A program made the translations under genes and the position numbers. This document shows, one piece after another, positions 36,062-47,521 of a DNA stretch of 64,000 nt. Source of the DNA: Candidatus Binatia bacterium (GTDB lineage Bacteria > Desulfobacterota > Binatia > UBA9968). The DNA lies in the NCBI GenBank assembly GCA_036554745.1, contig DATBMR010000320.1, positions 1,732 through 65,731 of the forward strand. The letters are read 5' to 3'. Below the pieces are notes generated by a model, which ran no database searches, had not been told where the DNA came from, and saw only the letters and a program-made list of their open reading frames with translations. Positions within the stretch are counted from its first letter, which is position 1; each line of letters opens with the position of its first letter.

Positions 36062-38137
36062 ATGACTTCATTTACTCGTAAACCAGTTGAAAATTTATTG
36101 CGCGCGAAGTCAGTGGCGATCGTCGGCGCTTCACCAAAAGGGGCATGGCCCCAGGGAATCTACCGGAATCTAAAAAACGCAAAATTCCCCGGCGGCGTAT
36201 ATCTTATCAACCCAAACTACAACGAATTGTTCGGCGACAAGTGCTATCCCAACCTCGCGGCGCTGCCGGAAGTGCCGGAGCAGTTGCTCATTCTCATTCC
36301 CACGCGCGCGGTTCTCGGTGTTTTGGAAGAGGCAGCGAAGCTCGGCACCAAGGCGGCGACCATTTATACCGCCGGCTTCGGTGAGGGCGACGATCCCAAA
36401 GGCAAAGAGCGAGCCGAAGCCATGAAAGATCTCTGCACACGCACCGGTATGGTGTTGTGTGGTCCGAACTGCATGGGCTCGTACTCGGTCGGCGAGGGGC
36501 TGTGGACGTTTCCGACCGCGAACCCGCTGCTCAAGAAGGGGCCGGTGGGATTGGTTTTTCAAAGCGGCGGCTCGCTCGGCAACTGGATCAAGGGGGCGAG
36601 CGAGCGCGGCATCGGGTTTACTTACGCGGTTTCCAGCGGCAACGAAGTAAGTCTCGATCTGGTCGATTATCTGTCGTTCCTGGTAGACGACCCCGACACC
36701 CGCCTGATCACGGTGATGGCCGAAGGCATTCGCCGGCCAGACGAGTTCATGACCGTTGCCGAGCACGCGCTCGGCAAGGGCAAGCCGATTCTAGTGGTCA
36801 AGCTGGGCCGCTCGGAGATGGGCAAACGCCAGGCGATCTCGCACACCGGTTCGCTGGCCGGCTCCGACGAAGTTTTCGATGCAGTCTGCAATCGTTTCGG
36901 TTTGATTCGCTGCCCCACGCTCGAAGACTTGACCGAAACCACTCTCGCTTTCATGGCAGGGCGATTTCCCAAAGGCAGCCGCTCGGCGATCGTCGTCAAC
37001 TCCGGTGGCATGAAGGGACTGATCTGTGATCATTGCGACGAGTTGAAGACCAATCTGGCACAGCTCAGTGATGAAACTAAGGAGGCGGTGCGGCCGCTGA
37101 TCCCCGCCGAGCTGGTCGTCGAGAATCCTTTGGAATGCGGCGTTGCCGGCTTTGGCGACGAGCAAGGGTTCATCAATATCGTCAAGCGTTACGCGGCAGA
37201 TCCCGGCGTCGATTTGCTTGCCATCCATGGCGAGTTGCCGCGCGGCCAGCAACGAAGCGCCGCACTCTTTAAAAGTGTCATGAGTGCGACGGATAAACCG
37301 GTGCTCGCGTTTGCCAGGTCGACCTATAGCTGTACGGATGAGAGCCGTGCCTTTCAGGAAGAAGCAGAGATGCCTTTCCTACAGGCGATCAAACCCACTT
37401 TGCGCGCGCTCGCCGGCCTCGGCTTATACGGTGAGCGCAGAGGGCGTGGTGTGCCGAAGCTGACTGCGCCGTCCGGGAACCCAGCCGATGTCGAAGGGGA
37501 GAATCTACATTCGCTGCTGCAACGACATGGCATCGGTTTGCCGAAACAAGCGATGGTTGGAACTGCCGCAGACGCGGCGGCGAAGGCAAAGGAAATCGGC
37601 TTTCCCGTAGCGGTCAAGTTGATCGCCGCCGAAGTCGTACACAAGACCGAGTCCGGCGCGGTCATTCTCGGAGTGAAAACGGCTGAAGAGGTCCAGGCCG
37701 AAGGACAGAAGCTACTGACTAAGACATTGGGGAGGGGCCATCTCTTGATCCAAGAGATGGTGCAGGGTACGGAAGTTCTGATCGGCGCGCGCAGCGACCC
37801 ACAGTATGGACCTTTTCTCATGGTCGGGCTCGGCGGTATCTTTGTCGAAGTTCTTAGGGATGTTTCGATTCGCCTCCTGCCGATCGATGAACGTGAGGCG
37901 CGCGACATGCTCAAAGAGCTGCGCGGCTACAGAGTGCTCGAAGGCGTCCGCGGTCAGGGGCCGCGCGACGTCGACGCGCTAGTAAAAGCGATGGTGGCGT
38001 TCTCGGAGATTTTCGCTGCGTATCGCAATTATCTGTCCGACATAGAGATCAATCCAATAATGGTTCGGCCGCGGGGTCAGGGAGCGGTTGCGGTAGATGT
38101 GCGGCTGGTGCGAAGTACAAAGTCTCAGGGTTTGTAG
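36062..38137 (+). CDS. ADP-forming acyl-CoA synthetase (acetate-CoA ligase family; CoA-binding + ATP-grasp fusion)
   Basis: 691 aa, with VAIVGASPK...NPNY (CoA-binding), the ligase-CoA domain GSLAGSD, and a C-terminal ATP-grasp domain (FPVAVKL...ESGAVILGV). Confidence 0.85.
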   Translation: MTSFTRKPVENLLRAKSVAIVGASPKGAWPQGIYRNLKNAKFPGGVYLINPNYNELFGDKCYPNLAALPEVPEQLLILIPTRAVLGVLEEAAKLGTKAATIYTAGFGEGDDPKGKERAEAMKDLCTRTGMVLCGPNCMGSYSVGEGLWTFPTANPLLKKGPVGLVFQSGGSLGNWIKGASERGIGFTYAVSSGNEVSLDLVDYLSFLVDDPDTRLITVMAEGIRRPDEFMTVAEHALGKGKPILVVKLGRSEMGKRQAISHTGSLAGSDEVFDAVCNRFGLIRCPTLEDLTETTLAFMAGRFPKGSRSAIVVNSGGMKGLICDHCDELKTNLAQLSDETKEAVRPLIPAELVVENPLECGVAGFGDEQGFINIVKRYAADPGVDLLAIHGELPRGQQRSAALFKSVMSATDKPVLAFARSTYSCTDESRAFQEEAEMPFLQAIKPTLRALAGLGLYGERRGRGVPKLTAPSGNPADVEGENLHSLLQRHGIGLPKQAMVGTAADAAAKAKEIGFPVAVKLIAAEVVHKTESGAVILGVKTAEEVQAEGQKLLTKTLGRGHLLIQEMVQGTEVLIGARSDPQYGPFLMVGLGGIFVEVLRDVSIRLLPIDEREARDMLKELRGYRVLEGVRGQGPRDVDALVKAMVAFSEIFAAYRNYLSDIEINPIMVRPRGQGAVAVDVRLVRSTKSQGL

Positions 38138-38357
38138 GTGCCAGCGGCAGTCGCGCCAAAAACAGACATCCGGCTTCATCGGGAAAAAAATCGAAGCGCG
38201 ATTCACAAGTCTGTGAAATCCCAGTTTTGGATGGTTAAGCGGGTCTCGGCTCGCATCGTAGATGCGTCTGCGATGTCGGTTCGGCAGACAGTTCGCGGAC
38301 GTTTTTCGCAACGAGAATCTCGCCGCGAGTTCTAGAAAGTTTGCCGAAGCGGAACCA

Positions 38358-38984
38358 CTACCTCGTAACCAGGCGGTTGGGCAGCTCGTTGGTGTCGTCG
38401 GGTTGGCGTGGAAAATGGATCGCGAGAATCTCGCCGCAGCGCTCAATAGCTTTACAAAAAGCGTCGGCGGCGTGCCCTGACTTGAGTCCTTGGGTGAGCA
38501 TGTGCGCGATCTCCTGCCAGGTGCCGCTTTCGACTTTCGTATTGATGCCCCGATCAGCGAGCACTTCGACCCGATGTTCCAAAAGGGAGACGAGAATAAG
38601 AATTCCGGTGTGGTCACGAGTGTAGTGAAGCCCATGTTCGGAGAAGAGGGCAAGCGCAAAACTATGAACCGCCTCGGTAGCACGATTGCTCGAGGCGAGC
38701 AGGCGCTTGGCGGCCGGGATTCGGGCCAGCAAGAAACCAACGAGCGCGCCGACGACAGGCCACAGGCGCCAATATTCTGATGCCCACGGATCGCTCCAGA
38801 AATATTCTATGATGACGCCGGTGAATAAGCCGCAGACGACGCCGAGTAGCTCAATTTCCGTATACCGGGCCGAAAAGGCAGCAATGATCGGCACGATCTC
38901 GCCGGCGGTCTTTGACTCGGCGGCGATGACCGCTTGCTCGATCCTCCTCTGCTCCTGCTCACTGAAAAATCTTTCGACGTTCAT
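38358..38984 (-). CDS. TPM-domain membrane protein (third gene of a lemA-TPM-TPM unit)
   Basis: FSEQEQRRIEQAVIAAESKTAGEIVPII followed by TM helices. It lies 2 nt downstream of the preceding TPM gene. Confidence 0.6.
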   Translation of the reverse strand: MNVERFFSEQEQRRIEQAVIAAESKTAGEIVPIIAAFSARYTEIELLGVVCGLFTGVIIEYFWSDPWASEYWRLWPVVGALVGFLLARIPAAKRLLASSNRATEAVHSFALALFSEHGLHYTRDHTGILILVSLLEHRVEVLADRGINTKVESGTWQEIAHMLTQGLKSGHAADAFCKAIERCGEILAIHFPRQPDDTNELPNRLVTR

Positions 38985-38986
38985 GA

Positions 38987-39808
38987 CTACCAGCTACCAG
39001 ACGCGCCGCCGCCGCCGAAGCCTCCGCCTCCGCCACTGAATCCACCGCCGCCTGACCCGCCGCCAAAGAAGCCTCCGCCGCTCGAATGGCCGCCGCCGAA
39101 ACCACCGGGTGGAAAGAAGATCGGCCCGTGTCGCCTACCGCGCGGCCCCCATATACGGTTTCTGCGTCGATCGGCACTGGAAGCAAATGCCATAAGACCG
39201 AACAGCGCCAAGGTGATGACGAGCATGGCGATGGAACTGAGTTCCGGTCCCTGTTCTCCGCCTCTTTTGCGGGCCGACTCCGGCAACGGTTCATTCTTAA
39301 TGACTTTCAGAACGGCGTCGATCCCGGAGATGATACCTCCGGCATAATCCCCCGCTCGGAAACGCGGCACGATATAGTTGCTCGTGATGGTCTTGGCGAT
39401 CGCGTCAGGCAGCACCCCTTCGAGGCCATAGCCTACCTCCAAACGCAACCGTCGATCGTTGACGGCGACGACAAGAATGACCCCGTTATCGAAGCCTTTT
39501 TTGCCGATCTGCCAATTTTCCGCAACGCGGATGCTGAAGCCTTCGATGTCTTCGCCTTCCAGCGTTGGAATCGTGAGCACCGCCACCTGGTGCCCAGTCT
39601 CCTGCTCGAACTGCACCAGTCGCGTTTCTAAGCTGCGAGTTTGCTCCTGGCTCATGACGCCGGCGTAGTCATTCACCCGACCACGAAGCGGTGGCACGTC
39701 CAACGCTATCGCCCGGTCTGGCGCAAGTGCAAGAATAATGATCGCAAGCAACGGACGAAGGAGCTGTCTTGTGAAATCGTCCGTAGCCTTGAACAGGTAA
39801 GCACTCAA
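38987..39808 (-). CDS. TPM domain protein (YgcG-like) with glycine-rich C-terminal tail
   Basis: RVNDYAGVMSQEQTRSLETRLVQFEQETGHQVAVLTIP...NGVILVVAVNDRRLRLEVGYGLEG, then one TM helix and a GGGFGGGG tail. Confidence 0.8.
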   Translation of the reverse strand: MSAYLFKATDDFTRQLLRPLLAIIILALAPDRAIALDVPPLRGRVNDYAGVMSQEQTRSLETRLVQFEQETGHQVAVLTIPTLEGEDIEGFSIRVAENWQIGKKGFDNGVILVVAVNDRRLRLEVGYGLEGVLPDAIAKTITSNYIVPRFRAGDYAGGIISGIDAVLKVIKNEPLPESARKRGGEQGPELSSIAMLVITLALFGLMAFASSADRRRNRIWGPRGRRHGPIFFPPGGFGGGHSSGGGFFGGGSGGGGFSGGGGGFGGGGASGSW

Positions 39809-39820
39809 CTAAATGGTACC

Positions 39821-40417
39821 CTAGAATTTTACCTGGGGTGGTTTTTGCGCCCCTTCCTCGGCGCTGAAAGTAGGTCGCACTTGAAGGCCGAGAAGATACT
39901 TGGCTGTCAAGTTTTCCGGGAACGAGCGTACCGCGGTATTATACGTGGCGACGTTTTCAATGTAACGCTTGCGCGCTACCGTGATACGGTTTTCTGTACC
40001 TTCGAGTTGCGCCTGCAGGTTCTGGAAGTTTTGATTGGCTTTTAGCTCGGGATATTTTTCGACCACGACCAAGAGGCGCGAAAGCGCGCTGGTTAGTTGG
40101 TTTTGAGTCTGCTCGAATTTTCTAAAAGTTTCAGGATTGTTTAATGCGTCGGCATCGATCTTGACCGAGGTTGCGGCGGCGCGAGCTTCGATCACCCTTT
40201 GCAACGTTTCCTGTTCGAAATTTGCGGCTCCCTTTACGGTAGCCACCAGATTCGGTATCAAATCCGCGCGTCGTTGATACTGATTTTGCACTTCTCCCCA
40301 AGCGCCCTTGACCTGCTCGTCCAAGCCTTGCAGCCGATTGTAGCCGCAGCCGGAAAGCAGCAGCATCGCTAGCCCAATGGAGACATATCGCAAGGTTTTG
40401 ACTATGTGTGTGCGCAT
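39821..40417 (-). CDS. lemA: LemA family lipoprotein
   Basis: MRTHIVKTLRYVSIGLAMLLLSGC lipobox, then QYQRRADLIPNLVATVKG. ATG 40417 is preceded by GGAGGG. Confidence 0.85.
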   Translation of the reverse strand: MRTHIVKTLRYVSIGLAMLLLSGCGYNRLQGLDEQVKGAWGEVQNQYQRRADLIPNLVATVKGAANFEQETLQRVIEARAAATSVKIDADALNNPETFRKFEQTQNQLTSALSRLLVVVEKYPELKANQNFQNLQAQLEGTENRITVARKRYIENVATYNTAVRSFPENLTAKYLLGLQVRPTFSAEEGAQKPPQVKF

Positions 40418-40579
40418 GAAGATGCCCTCCATAACTAACTTACAATAAGGAACTACCTTACAATAAGGCGGTGCGGCGCGGAAGGGCAAGAGATGTTGGC
40501 ACCCAAGTGCCCAAAATAGCAACGGCCCACATTGCGCGTGGGCCGTTCCTTAGAATCGCTTGAAAGGGAGGAGTTCGGT

Positions 40580-41431
40580 TTATTCCGCCGCTCCGACTTT
40601 GGGGCGCCACTTGTCAAACCGTTTTTCCATCCGGGTGATCAACTCCGTGCCGATCATACCCGTCAGAGCGAAAACCAGGACGCCGACAAATACCTTGTCA
40701 GTCTGAAAGGTGGCTCCAGCAACTGTGATCATGAAACCGATTCCGGCGGTCGCGGCATAAAGCTCGCCGACCATGACACCGACGATCGCTCGCCCAAGGC
40801 CCAGTCTCAAACCGGTAAGAATGAACGGGATCGTTGAAGGCAGCACGACGGTCTTAAAGAGCATCCACTCGGAAGCGCCGAAGCTTCTGGCTGCGTTAAG
40901 CAGGTTTACCGGCGTGGTTTTCACCCCGTCGCGCGTATTGATCAGGATTGGGAAGACTGCACCGAGAAAGATAATACCGATCTTCGAGAGTATGCCGATT
41001 CCAAGCCAGATGATCACCAATGGCAAAAGCGCCACGCGCGGGGTGGCGTTCATCGCGTTGACGAAGGGGTCGAATATATAGGAGATCTTCTTGTACCAGC
41101 CAAGCGAGATGCCAAAGGGGACTGCCACGGCAGCCGAGAGCAAATAGCCCCATAAAAGCTCTATGCCGCTGATATAAAGATCATGATAGATTTCACCCGA
41201 GGTAAAAAGCTGAACGGCGGCTTTCCAGATGAGCGAGGGCGCGCTCATGAACATCGGGTTGATCAGCTGAAAAGTATTGCCGACCAATTCCCAGATCAGC
41301 AAGAAGATAATCACCGACGCAGTGCCGAGGATCTTTTTCTCCTGATTGAGATAGAACTTGTATAACCTTGAGGCTTCGGCGACCCGTACGTCTAAAAGTA
41401 CTTCTTCTGCAGCATTTCCTTGATCAGCCAT
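40580..41431 (-). CDS. ABC transporter permease (NitT/TauT / SsuC-like)
   Basis: 283 aa with 6 TM helices and the EAA loop LLNAARSFGASEWMLFKTVVLPS. No ATPase or SBP gene is adjacent. Confidence 0.8.
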   Translation of the reverse strand: MADQGNAAEEVLLDVRVAEASRLYKFYLNQEKKILGTASVIIFLLIWELVGNTFQLINPMFMSAPSLIWKAAVQLFTSGEIYHDLYISGIELLWGYLLSAAVAVPFGISLGWYKKISYIFDPFVNAMNATPRVALLPLVIIWLGIGILSKIGIIFLGAVFPILINTRDGVKTTPVNLLNAARSFGASEWMLFKTVVLPSTIPFILTGLRLGLGRAIVGVMVGELYAATAGIGFMITVAGATFQTDKVFVGVLVFALTGMIGTELITRMEKRFDKWRPKVGAAE

Positions 41432-41915
41432 GGCTTTTATCCTTTCGTTTTTGAAGTGACATGCCTCTATCGGTTGCCTGCAAATGTTCAGTTGAGGGAT
41501 GGGTATCGTCGATGATTGTCTGAAGAAGCCTAACGAACGTCGGCCCGGCGGACTGCCACTCCAGCAGATGATGCATCGTCAAATTTTCAAGAAATTGTTC
41601 GCCGTCGCGGGTCAGCTTGACCAGCACTTGACGACGATCATCGGTTGCGCGCAAGCGGCAGAGAAAACCTCTTTCGACCAGGCGGTCGATCAACTCGACC
41701 GTACTATGGTGCTGCAACTGCATGCGCTCGGCTAGCACTCCGACGGTTGGTTTGAGGCCGTCGGGAAGCCCTATCACCGCCATCATTAGCTGGTGCTGCT
41801 GCGGCTCGATACCCGCATCACGGGCGGCCTTCTCACTGAATCGTAGGAACCGGCGGATTTGGTAGCGAAGTTCCGCCATGGCTTGAAAATCGCGCAGCTT
41901 TGAATCTCTGGACAT
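41424..41915 (-). CDS. MarR family transcriptional regulator
   Basis: The winged-helix region IEPQQHQLMMAVIGL...VGVLAERMQLQHHSTVELIDRLVERGFLCR...DRRQVLVKLT. I chose ATG 41915 because the 19 codons upstream are an AT-rich palindromic segment. Confidence 0.8.
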   Translation of the reverse strand: MSRDSKLRDFQAMAELRYQIRRFLRFSEKAARDAGIEPQQHQLMMAVIGLPDGLKPTVGVLAERMQLQHHSTVELIDRLVERGFLCRLRATDDRRQVLVKLTRDGEQFLENLTMHHLLEWQSAGPTFVRLLQTIIDDTHPSTEHLQATDRGMSLQKRKDKSHG

Positions 41916-41950
41916 ATATCGTCTTACGATTATATCGTAGAGCGATATAT
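41916..41950. promoter_or_regulatory. operator-like cluster of ATCGT/ACGAT half-sites directly upstream of the MarR gene
   Basis: ATATCGT-CTT-ACGAT-TAT-ATCGT-AGAG-CGATAT. The overlapping short palindromes sit in an AT-rich patch, and TATAAT reads on the minus strand within it. Confidence 0.4.
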
Positions 41951-42032
41951 CTATAATTGCTGCCTGTGTCAATAGCGGTTTCGAAATCTTAAGCGGTTTG
42001 GCGCGTTTGCTGGTCTATCTCAAGCTGTCGCG

Positions 42033-42061
42033 TTGACTTTCGAGGATTTTTCCTCTAGAAA
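42033..42061 (+). promoter_or_regulatory. possible rplU promoter (TTGACT-N17-TAGAAA)
   Basis: TTGACT at 42033-42038, a 17-nt spacer, then TAGAAA at 42056-42061. The -10 element is weak. Confidence 0.3.
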
Positions 42062-42086
42062 GGGTTGTTGCTCGCTAGAAAATCCT

Positions 42087-42401
42087 ATGAAATATGCGGT
42101 AATTAGAACAGGTGGTAAGCAGTATCGCGTCGCCGAAGGCGACGTCGTTCGGGTCGAAAAGTTGGCCGGAGAAGTGGGTGATAAGGTGACTCTGCCCGAC
42201 GTGTTATTCGTCGGTGGCAGCGATGAGGTAAAGATCGGTGCCCCGCTGGTGGCCGATGCGAGCGTAACCGGCGAGATCGTCGACCAATTGCGGGCTAAGA
42301 AAGTTCTTGTCTTTAAGAAAAAAAGGCGAAAGAGCTACAGCCGGCAGCGCGGTCATCGGCAATACCAAACCGCACTAAAAATAACCGCGATTGACGCTTA
42401 G
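42087..42401 (+). CDS. rplU: 50S ribosomal protein L21
   Basis: MKYAVIRTGGKQYRVAEGDVVRVEKL, 104 aa. Confidence 0.95.
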   Translation: MKYAVIRTGGKQYRVAEGDVVRVEKLAGEVGDKVTLPDVLFVGGSDEVKIGAPLVADASVTGEIVDQLRAKKVLVFKKKRRKSYSRQRGHRQYQTALKITAIDA

Positions 42402-42414
42402 TTAAGGATCGAAC

Positions 42415-42672
42415 ATGGCACACAAAAAGGCAGGTGGCAGCTCACGTAACGGGCGTGATAGTCAAGGGCAGCGCCGCGGCGTAAAGGTTTTCGGTGGCGA
42501 AACCGTGCGCGCGGGGAATATCTTGGTGCGTCAGCTCGGCACACGCATACACCCGGGTAAAAATGTCGGCATGGGCCGGGACTACACATTATTTGCGTTG
42601 ATCGATGGCGTAGTACGCTATGAGCGCAAGGACAAGGAGCGGAAACGCGTCGTCGTGCTTCCCGCTCCATAG
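42415..42672 (+). CDS. rpmA: 50S ribosomal protein L27
   Basis: [29 protein letters not shown], 85 aa. Confidence 0.95.
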   Translation: MAHKKAGGSSRNGRDSQGQRRGVKVFGGETVRAGNILVRQLGTRIHPGKNVGMGRDYTLFALIDGVVRYERKDKERKRVVVLPAP

Positions 42673-42691
42673 TTTTGAGCACGCGTGACTG

Positions 42692-42719
42692 AAAAAGCCC
42701 CGGTCGGGGCTTTTTTTTT
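42692..42719 (+). terminator. rho-independent terminator after rpmA
   Basis: AGCCCC-GGTC-GGGGCT stem-loop (42696-42711) followed by a run of 9 T. Confidence 0.8.
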
Positions 42720-42787
42720 GCCCTTTGTCAGTTGAGGACAAAGGAGGAGTGAAGGTAAGATTCGGCTGACCTTTACCACAATCATGA

Positions 42788-44957
<2,170 letters not shown>

Positions 44958-44964
44958 GGTTCCG

Positions 44965-46236
44965 ATGCAGCTTCGTTCTATATCCGTCAAAGACCAGGCG
45001 CTCGACCTGGGAAAACGCGCGAAGGCGGCGGCACGCCGATTGGCACGGTTATCGCGTAGTGACAAGGACCGCACGTTGTTGTCCATGGCGGACAAACTCG
45101 AGGGGAAGAGTCCGTTCTTGCTCGAAGAGAACAACAAGGACCTAGAGTCGGCCAGGAAAGCGGGAGTCTCGAACGCCGTGCTCGATCGCATCGCGCTCGA
45201 TGCCGACCGGGTGAAGCGCATGGCGAAGGGGCTGCGCGAGGTTGCCGCATTGCCCGATCCGGTCGGCGAAGTGGTTAAGATGTGGCGCCGCCCGAATGGC
45301 TTGCAGGTGGGTCGCATGCGAATCCCGCTCGGAGTCATCGGAATTATTTATGAAGCACGCCCCAATGTGACGGCGGATGCCGCGGCGCTCTGTTTAAAAG
45401 CGGGCAACGCCGTGATCCTGCGCGGCGGTAGCGAGGCACATCACTCCAATCAAGCAATCGGCGCGCTTTTGCGCGAAGCCTGCGCCAACACCGCCGTGCC
45501 GTTGGACGTTGTGCAGATGGTCGAAGTCAAAGATCACGCCTTCGTCAACGAGCTGTTGCAGCTCGAAGGTTATATCGATCTCATTATTCCGCGCGGCGGC
45601 GAGGATCTTATCCGTGCGGTGGTGGGGAATTCCAGGATACCGGTGATTAAGCACTACAAAGGTGTCTGTCATATCTACGTCGATGCCGATGCTTCATTGG
45701 AGATGGCAGAGCGGATCTGTTTTAACGCCAAAGTGCAGCGCCCATCGGTCTGCAACGCCATGGAGACCTTGCTCGTGCACGAAGCGGTCGCGCCGAAGTT
45801 CGTGCCGGCGATGGTCGCCAAGTATCAGGCCGCCGGCGTGGAGATCCGCGGCTGTGAGAAAACCCGCGCGATCGCCGCAGGGATCAAGCAGGCGACGGAA
45901 TCCGATTGGACCGAAGAATACCTCGATCTGGTTCTCGCCGTGCGCATTGTGAAGGACATTGACGAGGCCATTGACCATATCGAGCGCTACGGCTCCGAGC
46001 ACACCGAGAGCATCATCACGAACAACTATCAAAGGTCTCGCGAATTCATCGAACGCGTCAACTCGTCGGCGGTGATGGTGAACGCCTCGACCCGGTTTAA
46101 CGATGGCGGCGAGCTCGGCCTCGGCGCCGAGATCGGTATCAGCACGAGTAAGATCCACGCCTTCGGTCCCATGGGGCTGGAAGAACTGACGACGACCAAG
46201 TTCATCGTTTTCGGCGCCGGGCAGGTGAGGGAATAG
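44965..46236 (+). CDS. proA: gamma-glutamyl phosphate reductase
   Basis: [20 protein letters not shown] and [11 protein letters not shown]. The ATG 44965 start gives 423 aa. Confidence 0.95.
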   Translation: MQLRSISVKDQALDLGKRAKAAARRLARLSRSDKDRTLLSMADKLEGKSPFLLEENNKDLESARKAGVSNAVLDRIALDADRVKRMAKGLREVAALPDPVGEVVKMWRRPNGLQVGRMRIPLGVIGIIYEARPNVTADAAALCLKAGNAVILRGGSEAHHSNQAIGALLREACANTAVPLDVVQMVEVKDHAFVNELLQLEGYIDLIIPRGGEDLIRAVVGNSRIPVIKHYKGVCHIYVDADASLEMAERICFNAKVQRPSVCNAMETLLVHEAVAPKFVPAMVAKYQAAGVEIRGCEKTRAIAAGIKQATESDWTEEYLDLVLAVRIVKDIDEAIDHIERYGSEHTESIITNNYQRSREFIERVNSSAVMVNASTRFNDGGELGLGAEIGISTSKIHAFGPMGLEELTTTKFIVFGAGQVRE

Positions 46237-46377
46237 CAGAAAGACAAAGATAGAGGATGAAGGGGGAAGGAAGATGGGGAACAGGGTAGGGCAAATAGTC
46301 ATTCAGACGCCGCGCCTAAGGCCTTCAACTTTATCCTTCATCCCTTATCCTTCGTTCTTGCTGTTATTTGCCGCCTC

Positions 46378-47040
46378 ATGAAAATCGGTCTGTTCGGCGG
46401 CACCTTCGATCCCATACACTGGGGACATCTGCGCAGCGCCGAAGAGGTAGGCGAAACTTTCAGACTGGACCGCGTCTACTTTATTCCCGCCGCCGTGCCG
46501 CCCCACAAGCGCGGGCAGACTACGACGCCGGCGCGCGACCGACTGCGCATGGTGCGGCTTGCGGTGGCCAAGAACCCGCGATTCGAGGTTTCGACCGCCG
46601 AAATCGTCCGGCCCGGAGTTTCGTATTCCATCGATACGATTCGAGAGTTCGCTGCACGCAAGCGACCGGGCGACTCTCTCTACTTTATCATTGGTCTCGA
46701 TGCCTTTCGTGAGATCAATACCTGGAAGGATTTTGCGGCGATCTTCCCGCTCTGCAATTTCATCGTCACTTCGCGGCCGGGTCGCAAGGAAAAAGATCCG
46801 CTCAAGGGAACCTCCATTGCCGTAAAAAAACTCTTTTGTTATGATTTTAAGAGGAAAAACTATCGCCATGAGAGCGGCACGCGCATATTTTTCGCCGAGC
46901 TTACCGATATCGCGATCTCGGCGTCGGAGATTCGCGAGTTGGTTCGCCAGAGGAAATCCATCCGTTATTTAGTTCCAACCGAAGTAGAGAAATACATTGA
47001 GCGCCGCGGCCTATACCGCAACGGACGCGTCGAGCGGTGA
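46378..47040 (+). CDS. nadD: nicotinate-nucleotide adenylyltransferase
   Basis: MKIGLFGGTFDPIHWGHL and ISASEIR. Confidence 0.9.
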   Translation: MKIGLFGGTFDPIHWGHLRSAEEVGETFRLDRVYFIPAAVPPHKRGQTTTPARDRLRMVRLAVAKNPRFEVSTAEIVRPGVSYSIDTIREFAARKRPGDSLYFIIGLDAFREINTWKDFAAIFPLCNFIVTSRPGRKEKDPLKGTSIAVKKLFCYDFKRKNYRHESGTRIFFAELTDIAISASEIRELVRQRKSIRYLVPTEVEKYIERRGLYRNGRVER

Positions 47041-47450
47041 GCAGCGTGTCAGAGATCACTCCCTGGGATAAAGCACTGCTGTTGGCGCGCTTCGCGCTGG
47101 ATAAGAAGGCTTGCGACCTCGTCGTCCTCGACGTGCGCGAGCATACGTCAATTGCGGACTATTTCATTCTTTGTTCCGGCCGCTCGGACCGGCAGGTGCA
47201 AAGCATCGTCCAGGGGATCGAGGAGAATGCTGCCGAAGAAGGATTTCGCCCCTACGCCGTAGAAGGGGCGCAGCGCGGTCATTGGGCAGTGCTCGATTTT
47301 TCCGATGTCATTGTCCACGTATTTTACGAACCGGTCCGTGAATTCTACGATCTCGACGGTCTGTGGGGTCACGCGCCGCGGGCGCAATTACCGGAGTCGG
47401 TTGCGCGGCTCGTTGGCCAGTTCCAGATAGCCAACGATTCACTGGCTTAG
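47037..47450 (+). CDS. rsfS: ribosome silencing factor RsfS
   Basis: DKKACDLVVLDVREHTSIADYFILCSGRSDRQVQSI...WAVLDFSDVIVHVF. The start overlaps the nadD stop. Confidence 0.9.
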   Translation: MSSVSEITPWDKALLLARFALDKKACDLVVLDVREHTSIADYFILCSGRSDRQVQSIVQGIEENAAEEGFRPYAVEGAQRGHWAVLDFSDVIVHVFYEPVREFYDLDGLWGHAPRAQLPESVARLVGQFQIANDSLA

Positions 47451-47521
47451 GTCGCGCGCTTCTGTCATCGCGCGTGGCGAAGACCAGCGGCGGTAAGATC
47501 CTGGACAGAAAGGAAACTTCT

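Noticed and set aside
38990-39110. A GC-rich, quasi-periodic CCGCC/GCCTCC stretch that looks like a tandem DNA repeat
   Set aside because: It is the coding sequence (minus strand) for the glycine-rich GGGFGGGG tail of the YgcG-like TPM protein. It is not a CRISPR or satellite array.
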